A DNA stretch of 40,739 bases, taken from Fonticula alba ATCC 38817 (lineage: Eukaryota > Protista > Nucleariida). Location: the NCBI GenBank assembly GCA_000388065.2, contig KB932201.1; one strand, given 5' to 3'. The notes beneath the pieces are model-generated. The model ran no database searches and was not told the origin of the DNA. It saw nothing but the letters and a program-made list of their open reading frames with translations. Positions 9,636 through 18,539 of the stretch are shown here, piece after piece (positions within the stretch are counted from its first letter, which is position 1; each line of letters opens with the position of its first letter). The position numbers were made by a program, and so were the translations under genes.

Positions 9636-12239
9636 ATGTGGTCCCTCACCCGCGGCGGGCGTGCATCCGCCGCCCCGCCCCTTCGCCTCCTGCTCGCATC
9701 AGCCCTAGCCCTGCTGGCTGTCAGCCTGCCAGGGGTGTTGGCCGTTGCCCGGGAGCCCCCCTTCCCCTGGGCCGCGTCCGCCTCTTCCCTGCCCTCCTCC
9801 TCCCTGGAGGAGCCGCCCATGGACAAGCCGTCCTATCCCTTCCCCGGGCCCGAGTCCGACGCAGACCTGTGGTATCGGCTGGACTACGCGTCCTTCGGCC
9901 TGTACACAGTGGTGTGGCTGTGCTCGGTGGCCACGCTAGCCCACTCGCTCATCAATGTTTGGAGCCTGGCCGTCCTCAAGAGCAAGATCTCTCGGCTCTT
10001 TTGGAAAATGCGCCTGTCATTCGTCCTGGTGATCAGCTTCCAGGCGCTGAGTACGTTCCGCTCTTCTTTCCCCCGCCCCAGGCACACATTGATGGGGATA
10101 TGTATTCTTCGCGCCTCGTCTCCCCTCTCTCCCTCCTCTGGCATCCGGCCTATTTTCTACCCACACACACACACACACACACACACTTGCACCTCTCGTC
10201 TATGCATGCGAACTCCACACAAGCCACGCCCCAGCTCACCTGCCACCCACCGTTCATCCAGTGCGCGCGGTTTACTTTCTCTTCATGGCGCAGATCCGGC
10301 TGGGCTTCTATCAAGAGCGTGCCCTCATCCTCACCTCTTTCGGCCTGGTTCTCTTTCCGGACTTGCTGTTCATCATCACCTTCTCCCTGGTGCTGGTGTG
10401 CTGGTGCGTCCCCCGGTGCTTCTGCCACTTGCTGCAAACCATGCGTCCTCCGCCCACCCCTCACCCCCAAACACTGTCCCGTGCCCACACGCACACGCAC
10501 TCACACACTCACACAACTGCCCGCTCCCTCTGCCGACCGGTGTTTCCCTCCTCCCCAGGGCATACCTTCACTATCTGGGACGCTCGCGGCTGCCGCACTT
10601 CCGGATCTTCTGCTACTTCCTGCTCTTCCTCAATATCTCGGTGATTATTCTGTCCTTCGTGGCCTTCGGCCTGATTGCCATCTTCACGGATGACCGGTTC
10701 CGGCTGATCGCCTCGCAGCTCATCTGCTACGCCAATGGCACCCTTTCCCTTGTTCTGGCGCTTTTCTTCTTCTTCTTCGGCTTCAGGTACGCCGGGGTCT
10801 TGTTCTTTTGCCTGTGTCGCCCCTGTCCCCGCCGCTCCCCGGGCCACTTGCTAACCGAGCTACGTGCTGGATTGGCCTGCTGTTGGGGTTTCCTGGGGGG
10901 GGGGGGGGACTCTTTTCGGTTTGTTTGCTCCCTCGCCTCCCGCCCCATGTGCAGCCTCTTCCGCGGCTTCAGTCGCATCTCCACGAGCTCCTCCTCCTCC
11001 TCCAAGCTGAGCCTCCGGTCCCAGATCTCCCTCATCACGGTGGTTGGCATTGGGTGCTTCTTCTACCGGGCCTTCTACCTGCTGAGCTTCCCGACCTTGA
11101 CGTATGGCAGCATGGCACGCGTGCTGGCGTACATCACCATGGGCGAGCTGATCCCCATCATCCTGCTGCTATTTGTCTTCGCCTTCTACCCGGCCCGGCT
11201 GCTGGTCCGCCACTCGTCCAAGTCTGACCTTTCGGGCACGGACCTCCCCAACCCGGGGAAGTGGAGCAGCGCCAATCAGCGCCGGCGCTCGGGCCGCGGC
11301 TCCAGCATCTCGGTCACTGGCTCTTCCACTGGCGGCAGCCCCACCAGCGCCGGCGGGAGCCTCGGCTCGGATGAGGAGGGCGACGCGTTGCTTGGAAATG
11401 CCACCGGCGCCGGTGGCGGCAGCAGCACCAATGGCCGGTCCACCTCGCCGCCGGCCGCCGGCGCGCCCGGCGTCGGGGGAACTTCCGCGCGCCCGACCCC
11501 CTTCCTGATGGCGCACAACAGCGAGTACCAGCAAAAGGCCGCGCTGGATAGCTTTTCCCAATCGACTGGCTGGTCCGGTCGGAGCCCCTCGCTTATTTAT
11601 GACATCGGATCGCCCGGCCCGGCCGCGGGGGGTGCCGCCTCTCCGGGGACCGTGAAGACCTCCGGGGCGGCCTCCAGCGCCATGCCGGCACCGGGGCTGA
11701 TGTATGTCCCGGGCGGCCCCGGTGGCCCGCCACGCCCCTTCTCCGCGTCGGCCATCTCCAGCTACGGGTCCTTGCTGCAGAGTCCATATTTGGACCAGCA
11801 GCAGCAGCAGCAACATCTGGGCGGCAATGCGCAAGCATCTAGCATGGGCCCGTCCGGCGAGGACGACGAGAGTGTGGCCCCCCTGCCGGGGATGTCCGGA
11901 CCCCAGGACTTCCTCTCGCGCGGCAGTGAGCCGGCCCCCGGGTCGCCGCCTCTCGATCGGCCCCTGATTCGGTCCTACTCGGCGGCCTTCCCCGGCGAGG
12001 GGGCCGGCCTGGCAGGCGAGCCCCCATCCTCCTCGGGCATGGGTGGGGTTTCCGTCATGGGGGCCTCGCCGTCCCCGCAGCCTGGCTCCGTCGATCAGTA
12101 CAATGCCTTCTCCATTGACCTGTCTGGAGTGCTGAACTTCGGCGGGGCCGCGGACAATGGGAGTCACTATGACATGATTGACGATGATGATGACGATCCT
12201 TTCCACTTTTCGCCCAGCCTCAGCTTCGATGATGAGTGA
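9636..12239 (+). CDS. THH1/TOM1/TOM3 (GPR137-like) multi-pass membrane protein with N-terminal signal-like segment and long low-complexity C-tail (689 aa)
   Basis: Exons 9636-10050, 10262-10403, 10559-10786, 10955-12239 total 2070 nt. About 7 hydrophobic segments. Family-like motifs: FQALMRAVYF, LFPDLLFIITFSLVLVCWA, CFFYRAF, YITMGELIP. The hydrophobic N-terminus reads LRLLLASALALLAVSLPGVLA. Confidence 0.75.
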   Translation: MWSLTRGGRASAAPPLRLLLASALALLAVSLPGVLAVAREPPFPWAASASSLPSSSLEEPPMDKPSYPFPGPESDADLWYRLDYASFGLYTVVWLCSVATLAHSLINVWSLAVLKSKISRLFWKMRLSFVLVISFQALSTFRSSFPRPRHTLMGICILRASSPLSPSSGIRPIFYPHTHTHTHTCTSRLCMRTPHKPRPSSPATHRSSSARGLLSLHGADPAGLLSRACPHPHLFRPGSLSGLAVHHHLLPGAGVLVRPPVLLPLAANHASSAHPSPPNTVPCPHAHALTHSHNCPLPLPTGVSLLPRAYLHYLGRSRLPHFRIFCYFLLFLNISVIILSFVAFGLIAIFTDDRFRLIASQLICYANGTLSLVLALFFFFFGFRYAGVLFFCLCRPCPRRSPGHLLTELRAGLACCWGFLGGGGDSFRFVCSLASRPMCSLFRGFSRISTSSSSSSKLSLRSQISLITVVGIGCFFYRAFYLLSFPTLTYGSMARVLAYITMGELIPIILLLFVFAFYPARLLVRHSSKSDLSGTDLPNPGKWSSANQRRRSGRGSSISVTGSSTGGSPTSAGGSLGSDEEGDALLGNATGAGGGSSTNGRSTSPPAAGAPGVGGTSARPTPFLMAHNSEYQQKAALDSFSQSTGWSGRSPSLIYDIGSPGPAAGGAASPGTVKTSGAASSAMPAPGLMYVPGGPGGPPRPFSASAISSYGSLLQSPYLDQQQQQQHLGGNAQASSMGPSGEDDESVAPLPGMSGPQDFLSRGSEPAPGSPPLDRPLIRSYSAAFPGEGAGLAGEPPSSSGMGGVSVMGASPSPQPGSVDQYNAFSIDLSGVLNFGGAADNGSHYDMIDDDDDDPFHFSPSLSFDDE

Positions 12240-12705
12240 GCGTCGCCGGCTGGCGGCCCTGCTGTGTCTCCCCCCTCGCCTACGCTCTGCCTGACGCACA
12301 TGCCAGCGTGTGCAGATGTGCCGGTGCGCGCGTCCGCCAGCCGAGCCCCTCCCTGCTGTGGGCCGTCCATGCATACCCTTTGTTTTGTTGTTGCTTGCGT
12401 GAATTCGCGCCAATACATTTGTCCTTGTGTGAAAAGAGGCAATGCAGGGCGTCCTCGAAGATGCGGAGCAAGGGGAGGGTGCGCCTCATTGACTGGGATC
12501 CGATTTGGCAGACATCCCTCGGCTGGAGATGCACCGGAAGGGAGACGGGGGAGGGCACAGGGGGGCAAGGGAGGAAGACACTGTGTTGGGGTATATTTGA
12601 AGAGAAGGCGCGTGCGTAGGACAAGTGAAGGGCCGCCACGTGCGTGTGCGTGTGCATGGGGGGGGGGGGTGTATGGGTGGGCCAGAGGAAAAGCATGGGA
12701 TGGGC

Positions 12706-13028
12706 CTATTTCCGGGCTGGCGACGCCGACGAGGAGGGGGTGGCCTTCAGGAGGAGCACGCGCGAAACCATGTCATCGAGATCCTGCGCCAAACGCCGGG
12801 CACACAGGGCCCCCTTGGCGTCGAAATAGTTGGCCAGATCCCGGGTGGCTGTGGCCTCGATGACCGAGGGGGCTGTCGCGGTGGTCCTGGATGGGGTCTT
12901 TGCCGGGCGGGTCTCCTGGGCCCCGGTCCCGGACCGGGTGATGACTCCAGAGAAGCTGAGGGTGATCTGAGGCTGGAAGGGGGCCACGCTGCTCGACACC
13001 TTGACCGAGTAAAGCTCCTGCATGCGGA

Positions 13029-13124
<96 letters not shown>

Positions 13125-13146
13125 NNNNNNNNNNNNNNNNNNNNNN

Positions 13147-13190
<44 letters not shown>

Positions 13191-14398
13191 ATGGCGGCCA
13201 AGGGGGAGAATGTCAGCAAAGCCCGCAGAGGGAGGGCACGTGCCAAGAAGCGGGGCACGACAAAGCAGGGGGGGGGGAGAGGGACGAAGAGAACAGGGGG
13301 AAACAGAGAGAGAGAGAGAGAGGGAGGGAGAGAGGGGCAGAGAGAAAGGATGTGTCAACAGGAGTGGTACGCACGCTGGACGTGCTGTCTGTCTTGAAGC
13401 CGGAGAAAATGACAGAGCCGTGGCTGCCAGAGGACACCTCGATGCGGGTGTATACCCAAACGAAGAGAACCGTGGCTACGAATGTGTGGGACGAAAGGGC
13501 GGCCGGGGAAAGAGAGAGAGAGAGGGGGGGGGAGGGAGAGTCGACAATCAAGTTAAGGAGACACTACATCATGTGGAAAGGGAGGAGACAAACAGGCGGG
13601 CAGAGGGGCGAGGCAAATGGCTGCGCCAATAGGCAGGCAGATGTCCGGCGTCACTCGGACAAATGTAGGTCTGAGTGGGGCACGGAGGATGCAGACCAAG
13701 CAGGGGAAGAAAAAAAAACGAGGCAAGAGGAGGAGGCGGGCGGGGAAGAAGAGCACACAGGAAGGATATAGTCCACTGGCAAGGAAGATTCCGGTGTCCG
13801 AACGGAAGGACTCGGGGAAGAAGTGCGAGTAGGCCGCCGCGCCGATGGCCAATAGGCAGGTGATGATGCTGATGGCCATGCGGCGGTCGCCGCGCTGCAG
13901 CCAGCCGGCGGTCTCGCCAGAGGGGGACTTCTCCGAAAAGCCGTGGTACTTTTCGAGAAACTGCACACAAGGAGTAAAAGGCGTCAGTGCCAGGAAGAAA
14001 CCGGCGGGGAGGAAGAGGGGCGGGCCGGGTGACGGACGTCGGCGATGAAAGTGTCCACGGCGGACTTCATGTCGTGCAGGGCATATGGCTCCACCTTCAC
14101 AGGGGAAGCGTCTTCCGGCGTCGGGCCCAAGGTAAAGAAGCAGAAGCAGGGCGCAAAGGAGCGGTCAGTGTGGCAGCCCAAGCGAAAGGTCGAGAACAGC
14201 CAGCAGAGAGCGCGGAGGCAGGGATGTGCGCAGGCGGGCGTGGATGTGCGCAGGCGGGCGTGGATGTGCGCAGGCGGGCGTGGATGTGCGCAGGCGGGCA
14301 TGTGTGGACATCCAAGCGGGCACATGCGCACGCAGGCAAATGTGCACACATGGATGCGAAGAGGCACACGCACCATAACCATCCCAGAAGTCGGTCAT
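12706..14398 (-). CDS. SPCS2: Signal peptidase complex subunit 2 (SPC25/Spc2) (237 aa)
   Basis: Exons 14398-14374, 14111-14038, 13960-13759, 13475-13375, 13017-12706 total 714 nt. Protein blocks: PVKVEPYALHDMKSAVD, DRRMAISIITCLLAIGAAAYSHFFPES (two TM segments), YSVKVSSSVAPFQPQITL, TRDLANYFDAKGAL. These align by eye with SPC25 (RLTICTISCFFAI..FPES, SSSLKRFDDKYTL, KSIAKFFDHSG). The 13759/13475 junction is the least certain. Confidence 0.88.
13031..13190. repeat. (GGC)n/(CCG)n trinucleotide tract, at least 45 units, interrupted by N gap, in SPCS2 intron 4
   Basis: 31 units at 13031-13123, 22 N, then 14 units from 13147. Confidence 0.95.
13125..13146. other. Assembly gap (22 N)
   Basis: N run inside the GGC tract. 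Confidence 1.
14221..14300. repeat. 20-bp minisatellite x4 (TGGATGTGCGCAGGCGGGCG) in SPCS2 intron 1
   Basis: Four tandem copies; the first and last each differ by one base. Confidence 0.95.
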
Positions 14399-15725
14399 GG
14401 TGGAGGGAAGGGAATGGGTGGTTGCCTTCGTCGCGCTGGGAGGAAGAGCGAAGGCCCGGGAGAGTGGGGCAATGCTGGCAGGGAGGAGGGCGGCCACGGG
14501 CACAGGGGAGGCGGGGCAATGGAGCGGGGAGGGGCTGCTGAGCGGATCCGGCCTCCGCAGATGCCGGGGCTCCTCTTTTCCGGGCCCGACCCCCACACAC
14601 CGGGCCGCGATCTCGGCCGGTGCTCCCGACCAAGCGAGGGGGGCCGACCAACGGGGGGGGGGGGGGGCCACAGACACAAATACAGGTACACAGGCACACA
14701 CCCCAACGCGCGCCCGGGCCTGGGCCACCAAGGTCATCAGGCGGGGGGCGCGGCCCCCCCCCCCCCCCCCACAGACCGGGGGTCTCTCTCGGGAGCCTCT
14801 GATCGGCCATGAGACTATCCCCCGGCCAAAGGGGAGGGGGAGAGTCCGGGCGGACATGACGACCTCCCCGGCCTGCCGGCGTGTACGTAACAGGGGGGGG
14901 GGGGGACACGCAAATGCTAGCCGATGCTCGTCCACGCGATCGGCCTGGGCGCCCCCGTCCTACTGGGGGCGACACGCGCGGAGATGTTCGCGGACGGGCT
15001 GATACCCAGCGCCCCAAGAGAGCGAGTGCGAGGGAGAGACCCCGCGAGGGGGACCACACGCGCGGGCGCGTCTACAACAGGCAGACTATCCCGGCGCCCA
15101 AACGGGGGGGACGCCCTTGAAAGGTGTCCTTGGTAGACGATGGCGTGAAATCACGGCCCACGCCACACGCCCCTGGCCCGCCCCCGGCTGGCGACACATG
15201 GGGGGGGGGGGGGGGACTCCCCCAGAGATGGGCCCGTGAAGAGGCAGAAACGCCAGCCGGCGGTTTTCGCGCGCCGCGCACAGGCAAGGGCAGCACGCCG
15301 GGCCCCAGGGAACCCAAGCACCGGCCTTATGCACGCCGGCGCCGGCGCCCCCCTCCCCCGCCGTCCGCCCGGGTGTGAGAGGGGGCCAAGCTTGTACAGC
15401 CCCAAATCTCGGTCCGGGCGAAATGCCAATGCCGCACCGGGCGCCGCCCCAAAACGTTGGCATATGGGCGGCGAGCCGATCGGACCGAGCTGCATGTGCC
15501 CATCCTCGTCGCGGGCCTGCCCGGGCAGGCACATGCGTGGTGCCTGGCCGCCCGCGGGCTCTGGGGCAGATCGCGAGGTGCCCTGCCGGCGGGAAGCCCC
15601 CGGCAACCGGGCGAGCAATGGACACACCCTCCCCCCAGACCCCCCCCCCCCCCCCCCCGCTTTTGCCCCTCCCTCCGCGCCCCTCGCCGCCCTGCGCGTA
15701 TTTTCGCTGTGCCTGTCACAACATC

Positions 15726-16121
15726 ATGACCGTGCTCCTTGACTCCCCGCCGGTGGAGGGGCTCCCGGTGCCGGCGTCGATCACTGGTGAACTGGATCGC
15801 GAGCACTTCCGGCAGTTCATCCAGCAAACGCCCTTCGACCGGGCGGCGGTTCGCGCTTCGAGCGGAGATGCCGATCCTGATGCGCCTCCGACCGACGACC
15901 ACACGGACATCCTGGAGGATGAGCCGGGCCATCTGGATGCGCAGGACTTCCGCCAGTCGGTGGACGATCCGGCCGTTGTGTCGGTCATCGTGCCGGTGCG
16001 CAATGCGGCCAGCTTCCTGGCCGAGGCCCTGGAATCGGTTCTTCAGCAGGACTACCTGGGACAGGTGGAGGTCTGTCTCTGGGATGACTCGAGCACTGTA
16101 CGTGCGATCTTCGCGCGCGCG

Positions 16122-16152
<31 letters not shown>

Positions 16153-16295
16153 GTATGCATGCACACAGACACGCATGCACACCCCTGGCCAAGTGCCTGC
16201 TGCTGCTGCTGCTGCTATGGCTGCTGTGACTGTGTATTGCCGCACCCGGTATTGTGTCTCACCACTCCCCGTGTGCCTGTCTTTGGCCGGGTGCT

Positions 16296-16329
<34 letters not shown>

Positions 16330-18126
16330 ACGACTCCCTGGACATTGCCCGCTCATTTGTCGGGCGCTTCCATCAGCGCGGCTACCGGATGAAGATTGGT
16401 CGAGCTTTGGCCGGAGCCCCGGCTCGCGGGTGTGCGGCCACCATGAATCGCGCCATCGCTCGGCTGGCCACCGGGTGGCTGGTTCTCTTCCTGGATTCGG
16501 ATGACATCATGCACCCGGCGCGGGTGACCCGGCAGGTGGCACTGGCCCGGCGCACCGGGCCGCGTGCGCTCCTGGGCAGCCGCTTTTCACGACACCCCTT
16601 CGGCAGTACCGGGCGCTACACCGCCTGGGCAAATGGCCTCTCTTCCGGTGTGTTTGTGTGCCGCCGACTTGCCTTTCCGGCCTCCTGCCAGTCAACTTAC
16701 ATCCATCTGACTGGGCTCGCTGCCTCCTCTTGCTGGGGCTCGGGGGGGGGGGGGACTCCGGGGACACTCCTGCCTCAGCGTCGCTTTACTTTGGGGCCAT
16801 GGCCGAGTGCTCGATCATCAAGCCTACCTGGGCACTTTACCGGTCGCGGCTGCGGCACGTGGGCCTCTTCAATGAAAATGCCCCGGTTGGCATTCCGGAG
16901 GATTTGATGTGGCTATACCGCCACCTGCATGGAAGCATCGCCTCGGAGCCGGCAAATTTCAGGTGCACGGATGTTGATTCGGCATTCCGGCCTGATCGCT
17001 GTTCAGCGGGGGCTCTGGAGCCGGCGTGCGCCTGTTCCCTGGTGGCGGCCGATGACCGGGCCACCGGGCCGGGGCTTCTTTGCCGGGACCCAGCCCCGCT
17101 GACCCTGTACCGGCATCACCCGGGGGCCACCTCGCCGTCGGTATTGGAGCCCACCCTGATTCGAGTGCGCACGCAATTCCTCCAGTCGCTGGTCCTCCAC
17201 CGAGAGGCCGGGACCGCGGACCCCGGCGCCGACGCCCTGTGGCTGGCTCTGGTCAACCAATACATGAGCACCCTGGTGCCTGTTCCGCCGCGCAAGGACC
17301 CCTCGCCCGCGGCCGTGGCCGCCGCCGGGGCCTACTCCCCCCGGCACTTCGATATGGCGCTGCGTGCTGCTCGGGAGGCCAGCGCGCCGACCGGTCCGGC
17401 CGTGGAGGCCATCCTCCGTGGGCATCCATCTCCCCTGCGTGTGATCATTTGGGGCGCCGGCGATGTGGGCAAGGCTCTTTGGCGCGAGCTGAGCCAACCT
17501 ATGTGCCATCGGGTACGCGGGCCGGCGATCCATACATCCATCCACTTAGGCAGATGCCTTTTTTTTTTATTCATCCCCTTGTACAGTGATGCTGTTTGAA
17601 CTGTAGCAGTCTCGAGATACGAACTAACGTTTGTGCTTTTGCCCCCTTGCGCCCTTCCTCCAACAAGATTGTCGGCTTTGCTGATGTCAAGCCCAGCCTT
17701 TTGGCCGTGGGCCGGAGCGACCCGGCCTATGGCTCACTGCCAGTAATCCACCCCTTGGCCCTGAAGGAGTTGCTCCGGGACACAACCGGCGCCTTGCCAG
17801 GCACCGGGGGACACCCGGAGCAGGTCGACGAACAGACAATCAAACAGGCCTCCCAGCAGGATGCGCCCGGTGAGCAGGCCGCTCCGTCTCTGGTGGCCGA
17901 CATGGAGCAGCCCCCGACCAAGCGCCGCCGCTTGCGTCCCGCGAAGAAGTCCCCGCCCGGCATTCCCCCAGGCAGCGTGGACCTGGTGGTGCTGTGCGTC
18001 AAGCGCGGCCTCCCGGGGACGGGGAGTCTGCCTTCCCCTGGCCCCACTGGGCCAACCTCGGTTGACGAGATCGTCCAACACCTGGGCCTCGTCGAGGGGA
18101 AGAACCTCCTCTACTTTGTGGCGTAG
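15726..18126 (+). CDS. B3GNTL1: GT2 glycosyltransferase, B3GNTL1/QTGAL (queuosine-tRNA galactosyltransferase)-like (627 aa)
   Basis: Exons 15726-16097, 16329-16647, 16779-17512, 17668-18126 total 1884 nt. Motifs collinear with human B3GNTL1: VSVIVPVRNA, FLDSDDIMHPARV, STGRYTAWAN, IIKPTW, GIPEDL, LYRHHP, IIWGAG..GKALW, IVGFADV, VVLCVK, LGLVEGKNLLYF. Confidence 0.85.
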
Positions 18127-18539
18127 CCGCCGCCGCCCCCCCCCCCCTTACCTCTCTCTGGGTCAGGCTCGGGCAAACGCGCGGCTGAGCATACACACAC
18201 ACACACACACACATACACGCATACACGCATACATACACACGCGCACAGCATGCGTACGCGCGTCCACCTACGAATGAGCGAGGATACAACCACACACAGC
18301 GGCTCTATATTGGTGGCTATGTATAGGGAGAGGGCGAGGGGCATGCATGCCCACCTTGGGAAAGAGGGGAGAGGAAGGGGGAGTATGGAAAAAGGGCGCA
18401 TCATTCTGCCCCGGAAACGGGGCGATACCTCGACAAAAGGAGGGGGGGGGGGAGGCGCCCTCGCGCATTGATGATCACACTCGTCCACACTCGTCCACAC
18501 GCACACGCACACGCACATGGCGGCACACATGGCACACAC

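Noticed and set aside
12625-13771. Poly-Ala/Arg/Gly ORFs
   Set aside because: Translations of the intronic GGC tract in SPCS2; the spliced SPCS2 model explains the region.
17026-17093. Possible extra intron (GTGCGC...CCCAG) removing part of the Cys-rich insertion in the GT2 gene
   Set aside because: 68 nt; removal would shift the frame and destroy LYRHHP.
17566-17571. Minus-strand AATAAA as poly(A) signal of the RhoGAP gene
   Set aside because: About 970 nt past the stop, inside a T-rich intron of the opposite gene. A single hexamer is not enough evidence.
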